A stretch of 64,000 bases of DNA from the NCBI GenBank assembly GCA_905178155.1, contig CAJINV010000008.1:4117420-4181419 (forward strand). Direction: 5' to 3'. Below, in pieces: positions 23,142 through 35,404 of the stretch. The translations under genes were made by a program, and so were the position numbers. This DNA is from Amoebophrya sp. A120 (lineage: Eukaryota; Protista; Dinoflagellata). Under the pieces are notes generated by a model. That model did not search any database, had not been told where the DNA came from, and was given only the letters and a program-made list of their open reading frames with translations. Within the stretch, counting starts at the first letter, position 1. Each line of letters starts with the position of its first letter.

Positions 23142-24720
23142 CTGAGTCGCAGTAGAAATAGATATAGAATGTAAGAAAAGAATAACTTTAAGAAACCGAA
23201 AAAACCCGACTAAACGGGCACAAACGTCCATGACCTTTTTAATGCTTTGGTGGAAACAAAACACACTGGACCCATCCTTTCTTTGTTTGCCCGCTGGTTG
23301 GCTCAAGGTGCCAATGAGTATACGAATTCTTTCGTGTAAAACTTTCCGTGATTCACATTCTGACTATTGGAAGAATTGAAAATACAACACGCATGGGATT
23401 CCGCAGTTCTCGCCGCCAACAAAAGTGATGCTCGAACTGAATCCAGAACGAATCGGTCGCATTACAGGACGTGAGAAGAGCGACTTCTGATCCCGACAGA
23501 CCTATTTTCGACAATATCGTCAACCGCCTAGATATCACTGCCACCACTTGAATTTGTGCACGCAAAAGGTAAGCCGCCAGGCCCTAGCGATTTGCCCAAA
23601 ACAATCCCGCGCCGAGGGCTTTCCGGCGCTCCGTTTTTTCAGGCGCCCGACTGCCGCCGCCCGCCGCACAGGGCCCACAGGCACGACGGCGGGGGCGCGC
23701 CGCCATTCGCGACGGCCGGTCGGTTCATGGGGCTGCGCGAATCGGGCCGCGGCCCCTTATTGGCTTGCGGCGGAGGCCGAACGAAGCCGCCCTTCCGCGG
23801 CCGCCCCGGACAATTTCCGTGGCGCCGGCCTTTTCGTTTCCCTGGAGGTCGTGCATGTGTGCACTTTCGGGGGCTTTGTGGCGCCCGTTTTGCTGGCCGA
23901 AAGTCCGTAGTTAGCTGCTTACCACCAAAATCCACAGCATGCGTTTTTTTTCGCGCCAGCGTGTCCGAGCATGCACCCAGGGAAACGGTGCCGGGCGCCT
24001 CCTCCGGACGCTTTGGGGCTTGCTGCTTCGAAGGGGCATCGAGATGATTTGGCGCATGGCCCAAGGCCAGGCCTTCTGTTTGTTTCTGAGAGTCCTCGCG
24101 CGCTTAACGTGGGAGACCCAATGGCCCATCTGGTGGTGGATTGCCTCGCTGTATTGGAAGATCTCGAAGGGGGATGGCGCCCCTCGGCCCTTTTTGCCCC
24201 CCTCGTCCCTTGCGTTTCGCGCAAATATGCGACCAGCTACTCCAGCCCGGAAGTGATCTCTGTGCGTGGCTATGATGTGGCGTAGGACCAACATGTCTGC
24301 GGAGCAGTCGCCCTGCTTCGAGACGAGGCAACAGCGCAGCAGGGTCTTCGCCAGCGCCGTGCCCTTGATCAAGTATGTCGAGGCGATGCAGCGAAGGCTT
24401 CGCCGCCGGAAAAGGCCGAAAGACCTACAAGCATGGGCGCGCACTAATGTCTCAAAAAGTAGGCCCCTAGTTTTTGTGCGCCACTAGCTAGCTAACTTAA
24501 CTGATTAGCTCGCGCATTGAAGTCGGGGACTATCCTCCTTGGAGAGCCGCTGGCGGATGCCGTCCGGGCAGGTTGCGGGGCCGGTTATCATGAAGCTCCG
24601 CCAGTGCGTTAAAATTTTTTCTCTTTGTGGAAATCCGGGGTAGTGTGGACAGTTTTCGCCAACGTATAGATATCACTGCCACCACTTGAATTTGTGCACG
24701 CATCAAGAAAAGTTGTAAGT

Positions 24721-25331
24721 CTGCCCCGGTAAACCCTCCGTCTTCATCTCCCGCGGACGAAGTAGGCGCAGCTACTTCTTCTATTGACGACTTGAAAAAC
24801 GACCAGCAGAAGATCAATAGTTTGTTTCGAAACAATAAAGATCATGCATTTAACAAGCGGGGCAGGCCGTTGGCCTCGCCCAACCTCAACACTGTGGACG
24901 ACAAGCCCACTGCTTCTGCTAATTCATCTTCGTCTTCAGCTGTGCCTCCAGGCAAGCCAGCTCCAGCATGGGGTGCCAACGCTAACAAGGGACAAAAGCA
25001 TGCCCACCACAAACTTCCGGATCCTTCTTCTCAGAAAAACCATAAGGGTGGGGGAAAGAATCTGAACCAGAAAGAAGTGATTGCTACCTCTGCCCCTGCT
25101 TCTGGACCTGCCTTCCATACTCCACGCGGAGAAACTGTTACCCCTATCCACAACAACCAGCATCATCATCAACCAAAAGGCAAAAACCAGCAAGGAGGCG
25201 GTAACCGCTTGGGTCAGGGATCTGGTCGCTATGCCTTCTCCCTCAGTGACAACAGGCCGCAGAATCATTACAACTTAAATACCCAGGATTTTCAGTCGCA
25301 ATCCCAGTCGCAGCACACTGCTCATCGCTAA
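24721..25331 (+). pseudogene. 3' end of an unknown low-complexity (N/Q/H/K-rich) coding sequence in spacer 7
   Basis: Reading frame starts at or near repeat 7 without a proper ATG and is followed by T-rich 3'UTR-like sequence. Confidence 0.4.
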
Positions 25332-27873
25332 TAGCCTGCTTATGCTTATTTCTATTTTTGCTTATTATCTTTTTCTTTTGCTTATCACTGCTTCTCTTCT
25401 CTCTGCTATCCCAACATGCGATCTATGATAGAGGTAGCTCTCAACTTATTATTGTTTTTTCAATCAAGGTCAAAGTCACTAGCTGTTCCTACACGATCCG
25501 GAAATGATGACGCTGTATTTCCGCTGCATGTTCTGTGCCTATCCACATGAGAGTTTTCGTCATGCAATTTGGCTTCGTCTTCCTATGTTGAGTTCAATTA
25601 TTGAATTGGTTAGTGCGAAGCACCAGAAAGTTCTTATCTCATCTGCAATGCTTGCGTCAGTTATAGCACGCTTTGTGCTACTCTTCTATTTTTGCATGAC
25701 GCCTTGCATAGAGCAGCATTACATTTTATCAACAGGGATTTGTATTGCTTGTCTCTTCATAAAAATGATTCATAGTGCTCAGAGTATTTTTCTACCCTAA
25801 TGCCCTATTTTCTCTTGCATGCATGTAGCATGTGCTGATACATGAAAAGAAGCCATGCTACTCGTATTTCATGTTCAAAAGCGTTTCTTCCGTCGTTTGT
25901 GTAAGCACTGTCTCATGAGAGAAAAAATGAGAGATTGATAGCTGCTGCTATAGCGATGCTGCTGAATCATGAGAGAACAAATGAGAGATTGATAGCTGCT
26001 GCTATCAGCGATGTTGCTTGCCCATTCCCATCACGAGCATATTCATGGCTGGAGCCGCAGATCATGATCGATCTGTGCACCGTCGGCAAACGGTGTGCAG
26101 GTTTAGGCCGGTGCTTAAGGCGCCCGTGAAGACGTTCACATTTACCAGCAGACCACCAGAAAACGTACAAACGAACACTCGCTTGCTCCTTTCCTCTTCT
26201 TCTTTTCGCGCCCTCTTTAGGTTCTCATTGCTCCTCATTTCACTCCTAAAAATGAACAAATCAGCGACTTAGGTGTGCTTTTTATTATTTTTAATTTTTA
26301 TTTTTTAATAGGTTTAATAGGTTACGGTTAGCATCTGTTTACTTTGCTATGCTTATTGTTGTACTTCTCTAGATATCACTGCCACCACTTGAATTTGTGC
26401 ACGCGTGTTGGTGACTATGACGGCGTAACTGGTACTGAACCTGGGGGCCGAGCGAGACTTAGTGACCGACGCTCCTTGTGCGGCGAGGGGTTTTCTGATC
26501 GTTCGACTTTGCTCTTGATGGTGAGTGTGCAGGCGAGCGTCACCGAAAAGCAGGCGCGATCGAGTGCAAAGTGGTGGTGTTGCCTGTGTATAGTAGAATT
26601 TGCTCTGCGTCGCACACCCCATGGCACGCATAGAGTGTGGCCTCCTTGCGTGACCTTTGTTTATTTGCTCCTGTTCCAGACCCAAACACATTTGTAATGC
26701 ATATCGTCCTTTGTGTGGCAAAGTGAAGTAGAGTGGAGGCACATCGCCATGGGCTGGCAAGCGATGGCAACCTACGATCGGCTCTGCCACCGCTTGCGAC
26801 CGAGCGGCCGCCATCTGTTCGACCTTACCACGGAGGCACAAGTGGTGCGCTATGGTTGTGCGACAGCTTCGCGGGCGAACGTAACAAGTAGACGGTGGGC
26901 GCGGTTGCCGTGGCCTTATATCGATGAAAGTGCACCCACCCCATCTTCACACAGGCGTAGTGCTGCAGCAGACACTTTTCAGTCGCGCTTGCTGGTTATG
27001 TTTTATTTCTGGTTTGTAATGGTGCACAAGATATGTGAGCAGATTGCTTCGTGGCGGGGATGTCACTGCCAGAGGCAAACTTGTCATGCATGATACGCGC
27101 GCTCTGTTTCGGATTTGTATAGGCAGATCGCATATCCTGGGTATGGGGTGGGTGTGCTTTTGTTCAAGATATATCTTCCACGGGAATCGCGAGCGTCTGA
27201 AGTCGAATTCGGCGAAAGAGTGCGCGCGATCAGCAAACCTGATTCCACCAACTTGATTCCATTTCTCAACTTGATTCGACAAACGCGATCCTGTCGCAAA
27301 CGTGATCCCGTTAACGTGATTCCGCGAGTAAACTTGGTTCCAAAAATGTCAAAACGTGATACCGATACTTTCTCTAGATATCACTGCCACCACTTGAATT
27401 TGTGCACGCATCAAGAAAAGTTGCAAGTGTCGGGTGATAGAAGAATCTACAACCATTATATATATTTTTACTCGCCCGGGACGATAGCAAAAGATTTGAC
27501 TTGTTTCGTTCTTCATTCCCATGCAACAAGAAGACGCACGACCAGCAGATGCAGGTCTGCGACGCAGTACGGCTGCACTCTGGGAGATGACGATGACTGC
27601 AACCACGAGCAAGCCTAAAGTCTTGCTGCCTGATGACGAACGTCGCAAATGTTCTGATGTTCATGCGCCGCGACCGCCATCTTCCGATCAACAGGCGTAA
27701 GATCTCGATTTCCTGCTGGCTCAGAAGGACAAGCAAGGCGGTTCAAATCTTGCAACATATCCTTGTTGTATGAAAACTACAACTATATGTTTTTTCATTT
27801 TCATCTCGTCTCCTGAGATTGGTAGACCTTGAGATTTGGCAATCTCACATCAAGTACAAGTACTATTTTAACT

Positions 27874-30421
27874 ATGATCACCAACATGCACATGCAGCAC
27901 GAGCCGGCGAGGACGGTTCTTGCGCAGGTGGAGGACCAGCAGAGTTGTACTAGAGTGGGACAATTCCGTAACAAAAACTCTCGCTCTCCGTCGGAGGTCC
28001 GGAGGAAATTGTCCCATGCGAGTGGTGGAGCGCAGCTTCTGTTCTTGCTTGATCTTCTTGACGTCATCGTCCGGTGTGAGTGTGCGCCGGTAGCGGTGGA
28101 AGAGGAACACTTGATGCTGGCGTCCCGGGTAGTTTCTCGTCCGCCTATCCGCCGGTCAGGACCCGGACCGCAACAAGTACTAGATGAAGACCACGCGCGC
28201 CGGCATGAAGTAGTTGAGCCGACCCACCAATTTCTCTTGCAGCCGCCAGAAGTTACTTCGTGGTCCTCCCGAGCAGGCGAAGCTGCGCAAGACGACCCTG
28301 GCAGCACACCAGAAAGTGCTGCGCCCGTCTTCGACTTGAGATTCGTGCCGACGGACCAGGAAGTAGAGACCGCGAGCGGCGGAGGGATAGTACATCAACC
28401 CGCGAGCACCAGAACAAGTGAGATCATGTTGCAAGTGCGCGCCGACGGCGCGGGAGCTGCGGGAGGCGGCGCTGTGAAGACGATAACGACCACTACTGGT
28501 CCCACCCCGAAGACAACTGACCCCGCAGTGAAAGCTCTGGCTTTGCAGCTGCAGCAAATGGAGCAAGAGTTGCGGATGTTGCGGGCAAAGCAAGAGGAGG
28601 ATCAAAGCGCCACGAAGGCAAGGTTCGCCGAGGAAAGAAACGCGACGAATGAAAAGCTGGAGAGCCGTTTTGCAGAGGAAAAAAAACGCGACAGAGCGCC
28701 GTTTTGTCACTGTGCGCAACGTGGGCTCGATTAACGAAATCATTCTGCAGCGCCTGCTCGCCGTTACCATCGCGCGGACGCGCGCGGATGGTTTTACCTC
28801 CGTGGTGTTTCTAGTCGTTGGGTTCATTGCCGCGGTGGTCGGAACGATTTTTCCTACGGTTCTGGTCTTTTTTCCGACCATTCAAGAAGTGCCAGTGGAG
28901 GTGGTGGGCGATAATGAGTACGCGTCCAGAGTTCGCCCCCGCGCCGCGGCAGGCGTGGACGGGGATGAGACCACCACAGGGGAGCAGCAGCCGCAGCAGG
29001 AACAACTACCTGCGCAACAAGAAGCCGGCGGGGCCGCCGTCGTGATGGAGACCGAGACCTACTATTTTCTCCCGGAAGATTTCATTGACCAAGGTACCCT
29101 TTCAAACGTTTGCTGTAGTCACGGCTCGGCCCAGGGGAAAGTATGGTCAGCCTGTCTTGTCTGCTATGCGATGTCCATGCTACTTAGTCGCTACACCTTC
29201 AAACTGTATCCGGATTGGTGTCCGTTCAACGGCGCTGACGATGCGGGCGATCTTGCCAATGCCGAGCTTGGGCTTGGAGAGGTAAGCAGTTTCCGCGAGG
29301 TGATTTACCGAATGCTTTGGTTGCTGGTTCCGAACATCCTCTTCATCCTGGTTGCAGCAATTCCCACGGTGAACGAGGCGGGTGCTCGATCCGGAAAATC
29401 GAAAAAGAACTCCAGCACGACTCCTTCTCCTGCTTCAGGAGTGCGGCCAGTTCTTCTGTCGGACGAGTCCGGCCCGCATGTGCAGGGCGTAAACCCCGAT
29501 AATTTGCGCGAAAACGCCGGCAGTGCTACGAGTGTCGCCCAGGAAGCCTTCTTGACACGAAGCAGAGGCTGGCTCAAGTTCATGCACGGCGGGCTGGCGA
29601 TGATAGCGATTGGTGGGCTCCTTTTGGCTGAGAGTCTACAGCTTTTCGTCGGGGAGGGCGTCCACGTCGTCGATTTGTTCACGATGTCGGGCCAAAGCGC
29701 CCGGAACGCGGCGCAGCACGACGGGTCGTGGGTGGAGCACCGGATGTCGCCGAGTCTGTTTACCGCTGAGACGTCGGAGTGTAACGGTATGTGGCCGTCC
29801 GAGAAGAGACTTCCGAGAATCTTCCGTTTTCGGGTGGTCACGGTGGTTCTCGCATTCGTCTGCATGGTCTGCTGTGCCGTTTCGTCCCTTACGCTCGACA
29901 AGCTTAGAAGTGAAGTAGTTGACGATAAAATTGTGCGGATGCAAAAAGGGTCGCTGGTACCCACCACCACCAGTCTCTTCCTGCCACGTCTTGTGTACAT
30001 CCTCGAGCTGATCACAATGTTGCTCTTGTGGACCCTTCCTTTCTATCCTGCGCTCATCAATGAATACCGATTCCCGGGCGATCTTCGTGCACTGAACCAA
30101 GACATCACAACTCAAGTGAGAGAGATTTACAGGTTCCATGCTGACGCCCTCCCGCAGTGCGGAACGTATTTTGACCTCGCTGCTCCGCGTGTCTGCAGTG
30201 ATCTGGATCAAAATCCGTACAACATTCATTTGAACAATCCAAACGACTCGGAGTATGGTCACTCGAAGTGGATGTGGTGGCAGGCGGAACAGAGCGGCAA
30301 CGTTCCCATCGTGGATGCAAACGAACCGGACCAGGGGTCTTGGAAGAACTGGCTGGCCTACACACAAGAGCGCTGGCTCTGGCACGGGATGGCTCTGGTC
30401 AATGTCACGGAAAGTTCGTGA
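27874..30421 (+). CDS. Multi-pass membrane protein (weak Frag1/DRAM-like pattern) with N-terminal coiled coil; one frameshift in an A8 run at ~28679-28686
   Basis: Removing one A joins the two ORFs and restores the internal repeat RFAEERNAT/RFAEEKNAT. About 6 hydrophobic helices. Family call is tentative. Confidence 0.65.
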
Positions 30422-31435
30422 AGACGAAGGAAGATGGTGCAAAAATAAAAATATCAAAACAAATATTATTTTTAATTTGAACAAAAAGTAAAACAGTTCT
30501 AAAAAAATAGATCTTCGGTTTGAATTCAGCAAAATCTTCTTTCAGTCCTTGTCAACAGGAGGAACTTTTACAAGCTCGGCCGCGCTTCAGCAACAAAAGC
30601 AAGAATGTAGCACAGTTCCGCCTTGTTTTGCAAGTTTTAGACTTATTAAGCGTGCGCCTTAGTTTCCTTTGATTTTAATCTCTTACAGCAAAATTTTGCT
30701 TTTCTCCCTACTAGTTCTGGTGTTTCTCAAGAACGAGCTCAAAGTGGCTCTGTGTCTGTAACAAGCTCGCAGGTCTTTTACTTTTATATTAAGATAGAAC
30801 CCTAAACGTAAACCCTATCTAAAGACAATCTTCAAACGGAGTCGGAGACCGCGCATCCATCTGAAAACCAACAAACAAGAATAACACGGTCGACCTACTT
30901 CACCAACGTGACTCGTCCATATCCTGAAAGTTGAAGTTCCAAGTCGCGATCATGTTAATAAATAGGTACATGTGATCGATACAACAATCACGCCTCGTCA
31001 ATCCGGATCTATCTTGCTCAGGAGCCAAACGCTCAAAAGATTACAAATCTGGATCTTCGAGCTGATTTTGTTTGTGATCAAAGTGATAACAACACCCTGT
31101 CGTGTGGCGGTTGTTTCGGAACAAGTTTTTCCAAATGGCCTCGACCGAGTCATTTTTTTGTTTTTGTATTGATGTAGATTGTAATTCATTTTCCGATTAT
31201 CTGTAACCTCCTTTTTCGTCGAGTGCAGTTGTTGATGTATTCCGATCAGTACACGAACAATATTCCTTGCTAATTTAGTTGTAGCTCTTATCTTGAAAAA
31301 CGACCCGAACAGACTGTTTTTGTTGCGATCACGAGGACGCAAAAACTTTTACAACCGCGCTAATATTTTTTCGTAGATCACACATTTCGATTTAAGTACC
31401 AAAATTTCCTATCACATTTACCTAGTACGCCATAG

Positions 31436-32269
31436 GTGGAGCACCGAGCAACGTTTTCGAGTTCTACCGGTTCCGCACTTATTCCCGACCCCGAGAAGAA
31501 CGGGCAGCATAAGACTGCCTCGTCTTCGCTCGGTGGAATTTCTCCCCGCGCCGGATTCCTCCAAGAGCACAAAATTGTACAATCCCTCTTCAACAAAAAA
31601 GGTACTCATCAAAGAGTAGAGATCATGAATCGCGCCTGGACCAAGCCCAGTCACCGAATCGCGGCCGCGGCACGACCCGGCCAACCGAAAAGTTGTACCA
31701 TTCATCCTGCTGCCAGCACCTCCGCAGGAGCCGTCTTCTTGCTGATGCTATTTTGTAGCTCCGCGATTTTTTCCTCGGAGCAAGCTAGCACGGTGCTTGC
31801 GGTCCGACTGAACAAGATCGGTTTTCGCTCTGCGGCAACAAACCCAAACAAACTGGATCGGTGCAGAAAATTTCGGGAGCAAGTGGCCCCTGTGGTCAGC
31901 CGCCGCGTTCGCGTCGGCCAGGAAATGCGGGCGCAAAACCGGGCTTTCCACCTGAATCCCTGTGCGATATTCGGGGAGGAAAAGGAAACAGCAAAGATCT
32001 TAACCACTGGAGTTCCAATTCCTGGCACCAGCAGCGCAGGCGCGACAAAATCTTCCGAGTATAGTTCCGCGTCGTCGGCCAACAGCAGCCGGTCCTCGAC
32101 TATCGAAGAAGCTTCGACGTATCACCACCTGCAACATCTTCACACCAATATCACCAACAGCACCGCGCCCCCGACTACAGGAGGAGCCGCTGCCTCCCAT
32201 TTACCAGTTGTCGCTTCGCCGCCTCCGTTCCAGTTGTCACCCCGCAACTACCACCCCTTCAATATGTGA
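31436..32269 (+). CDS. Hypothetical protein with one hydrophobic segment
   Basis: 277-aa ORF containing AVFLLMLFCSS; first ATG at ~31625; no domain recognised. Confidence 0.4.
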   Translation: MEHRATFSSSTGSALIPDPEKNGQHKTASSSLGGISPRAGFLQEHKIVQSLFNKKGTHQRVEIMNRAWTKPSHRIAAAARPGQPKSCTIHPAASTSAGAVFLLMLFCSSAIFSSEQASTVLAVRLNKIGFRSAATNPNKLDRCRKFREQVAPVVSRRVRVGQEMRAQNRAFHLNPCAIFGEEKETAKILTTGVPIPGTSSAGATKSSEYSSASSANSSRSSTIEEASTYHHLQHLHTNITNSTAPPTTGGAAASHLPVVASPPPFQLSPRNYHPFNM

Positions 32270-33463
32270 GGAAGGTGATCTAAGTAAAATAAGCAAGCTT
32301 CGGCCAGGGAACTGCGTGCTACTGGCCGTGGGGAGGAATTCAGACATCGAGACACTTATCGCCTGATTTCCTTCTCATTCCAGGTCCACATCAAGACCCT
32401 CAACCACTTTCTGTGGAATTCGGAGCAGCTGCTGCGGATGATGTTGAAAATAAAAGCGAGAAAATGATTGACAATTATGCCAGCACTTTGCCGTAGCCTT
32501 CCTAGAAGCTATGATCTACAGGAGCAATAAAAGATACTAGGTTGTACAAGTTGTACTACCACCAGCCATCTTCTCGAAATCGAGAAATGAATTTATTAGC
32601 GATACCTTTAAAAAAGTAAATGAACACAAAGAACCACGCAGTCGCAGTCTATCTTGATTCGAAAGTCGAAGTTGTAGTTGACGCAACTCCAGTACAGTAT
32701 GTCTTCTCGTCCTGAAAGAATATCCCTACCTAAGAACCATAGAGAATCCGCGAAAATAAATATCGATGAAGTCATCCAGAAAGAACAGTACAGTACTACA
32801 AACGGAAGGAGAATTAGCGATTTGGGATAGCAAGAAGGGGAAGAAGATGAACTTCGATTTCCACCTGTTATAACCCAAATTTAATGATTATGGTCGTACT
32901 TCATATACGTTCCACCGCGCGCACATTTTTTTTTTTCTGATCGAAAATAGGTGTTTTTGTAGAATAAACCATGTGTGCAGACCCTGTGATATACAACCAG
33001 AAAGTTCATGGTGAACAAAATGAAGTAACTTGTTACTTCACGCCATCGAACGATTGATTCGATTCCATGATGTTGATATCTTCTCTACTACTACGCAGCG
33101 AAAGCAGTAGCACTGATGTGCGATCTGGAAAGCCCCCCCGGGGAGATCCTCGTTGGCGAAGTGGGAAGTCACAGCCACTTGTTCGAGTGTGCGGTTCTGG
33201 TTTGACTCCTGGATCTCATGATGTGAAAAACGAGTGAAAGTTTTTCTTGTTTTCGCGCTCCTGCGTGCTGCTTCGTCTCTCCACCCGGCTGCTGGAAGCG
33301 AACTGGGTCCAGGAGATCGTACACGTACAGAAAAACTAATACATTATTCAGTGTCATTGCGGTGAATGCGAAGCAACTAAAGAGACAAAAATCAGGGCGC
33401 TTGTTCTACACTCGTGCTTTCAAGAACTTGAACTTTTTCTCCGAGACAAAAAAGAATAAAAGA

Positions 33464-35404
33464 ATGTTGGCGCCACGTGTCGTGCAAACCGTTCTTTTTT
33501 TTTTCTGCTTGGTGCAGTGGCAATGGGTCTTCTCTGCGGTTTCCGCGGTGAAACTCCAGCCTGCGCTGCACATATCAATATGTAAATATGTCTGCGTCTG
33601 GAAACCTGTGATGCTAAAACGTGGATGACGGAACTACTTCCGAATGCACCACGCACAGCATGACAACTTTCCGGAACGCCTTCTCATACGCAATTCGCAT
33701 GAGAAACTGCCTTTTTGCATGACAAAAGTGGCTCCGACTTTTGCTGGTTCGTTCTGCAATACAGGTTCTCCAGGAATGTAAAGCTAGCACTACAAGTTCC
33801 ATTTTTCCAGAGGAACCAGACATATTTGCACTCGATAGCACACCTTTATCACCCACATGCACTGGTCCGCCAACAAAAAGGCGGCGGAGCAATTGGAAAA
33901 GGCGAAAGCCACTGCCGCAGCGGGGATGACCGACAGCATGATGAGCAGCGCTGCGAACAGCACAAGTTCGGTCGATGTGTTGGGCGCGGGGAGAATGAGG
34001 AAGAGCCAGGACAACACGATCTACAGGCGCAACGATGTTGTTGGTGACTTCGTGCGGGACGGTCGTGGAGCTACAGCGTGTAGTAGTACAACTTGTGAAG
34101 CTGCGCCAGCAACTACTGGAGGAACACCACCAGCTGCAGCGACTGGTGCCACCGTGATATGGAACGATAAAACTGTGTTAGTGTAGGTGTCTTCGGGTGA
34201 CAGCATGACAAATTTGTTCTGCATGACACAGAAATCCTGTCGTGCAGAATTAGTACGGGAAAACACCTGTGCAATAGGACTTCATGGCTGGCTGGCATGT
34301 TGACAAGTGTAACAGTGTTGCATGCTTTGCATGACAGATTTACACTTACACAGTTTTTTTCTCGCATAGGTGAGCGGCGCTCCGGTCGGGAGCAGTTCGT
34401 CCTCCACGGGCCCGGCGTCCAATCTGTTTCAGCGGCAATCGAATTTCTACTCGTATAAGAACATATCAAGTGCAAGAATGTCTGGGTCTGGAAGAATGTG
34501 ATGCGCATTTCAGAACACAGAAAAATCTCTGATGCGTAGGCAGCAAAAGCTGCCCACTTTCTGTCACCAAAATCAGGGATTTGTCATGCGGATTCGACAT
34601 TGCGAACGCTTCGCGAAACCTGTGATGCTAGAGCTTCCATGCCAGACCTTCTGCGTCATGATGCAAAAACAGCATGACTCTTTCAGACCCAGACACTTTT
34701 GCATTTGATAGAGCAACCTGCTCTACAACAGGCGTTCGGTTCTGGAATCCATGGCAGCCCGCACCGCGCGCGACGTTGCCCTGGTTTCCTCGTCAGCGCC
34801 GCACTCGGGCTCTGCTCGTACCACCAGTGCTGGTGCCACGCCGGAAAACAAGCAAGGGGAGGAACCCGAGAGGACGCGCGGTCCTGTTGTGCAAGAAGGA
34901 GCAGGAGTAGATGTTGACTACGTGAAGCAACGGCCCGTGGCGGCGCACAACAAAAGCGGTTCAACATCTCCTGGGGAAGATTTCGTGCCGGTGAAATACC
35001 TCGACAACGAGAGCGCGTCCTTCGAAGCCCCGGCCGCTTTTGAACGGTCCATCTCGGAGCTTTCCACGGCAACGGGGGGCACCGGCGCGGGGATCATATC
35101 CTGTGCAAAAATGTCTGGGTCTGGAAGAATGCGCGATTTGTCATGCAGCTTTTCCATGACCCATGAGGTCTGGAATGCAGGGCCTAGCGTGACAGATTCT
35201 GTGCGATCTCTCTCATGCCTATCCTGCATGAGAAACTCTCTCCAGAGTTGGCCAAAACTGGACGACCTTTGGTAACCATGCAACACAGATTTTTGCATGC
35301 TTCAGATTTAGCATGACAAGTTGCATTCTTCCAGACCCAGACACTTTTACATTTAATAGTTCAACGAACATGACAACTTCGAACTCTACTTTTTTGAGCC
35401 GTAG
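33464..35404 (+). CDS. Hypothetical secreted protein, 5 exons
   Basis: Signal-peptide-like start. Removing four introners (each plus one direct-repeat copy) gives a continuous frame ...ALH|TFITH...ATV|SGAP...YKN|NLLY...GI|NEHDNFELYFFEP*. Confidence 0.75.
33573..33837. mobile_element. Introner (family A-like)
   Basis: TAT...ATA ends, TIR TG(C/T)AAATATGTCTG, perfect direct repeat GCACA. Confidence 0.85.
34158..34368. mobile_element. Introner (family B, 211 bp)
   Basis: TIR AAAACTGTGT.AGTGTA; direct repeat CGTGA/GGTGA. Confidence 0.85.
34464..34710. mobile_element. Introner (family A)
   Basis: TIR TATCAA.TGCAA..ATGTCTGGGTCTG; direct repeat GAACA/GAGCA. Confidence 0.9.
35097..35358. mobile_element. 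Introner (family A)
   Basis: Same TIR; direct repeat GATCA/GTTCA; reverse-complement relative of 50749-51009. Confidence 0.9.

Larger units (their letters stand above)
5744..27428. repeat. Repeat-spacer array: 9 direct copies of a 27-bp core separating 8 unique kb-scale segments
   Basis: Core TAGATATCACTGCCACCACTTGAATTT is identical at 5779, 6517, 7131, 8550, 9432, 23529, 24667, 26370 and 27375, all in the same orientation. Core-to-core distances are 738, 614, 1419, 882, 14097 (976 without the retroelement), 1138, 1703 and 1005 bp. Confidence 0.95.

Noticed and set aside
23295-23345. tRNA or Pol III gene (A-box-like TGGCTCAAGGTG)
   Set aside because: No B-box or cloverleaf downstream.
23565-24666. 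Genes in the GC-rich spacers 1, 2 and 6
   Set aside because: Overlapping short ORFs in all frames with no recognisable motif; no call can be supported.
27371-27401. Array repeat as a Helitron 3' end (CTAG)
   Set aside because: CTAG is absent in R7, no GC-rich subterminal hairpin lies at the expected distance, and homology continues past CTAG in R1-R6.
5744-27428. True CRISPR array or bacterial integron
   Set aside because: Spacers are 0.6-1.7 kb, no cas or intI gene or attC structure is seen, and the context is eukaryotic. Kept only as an architectural analogy.
28675-28690. Programmed frameshift in the membrane protein gene
   Set aside because: One extra A in a homopolymer run is most simply a sequencing error or a recent indel.
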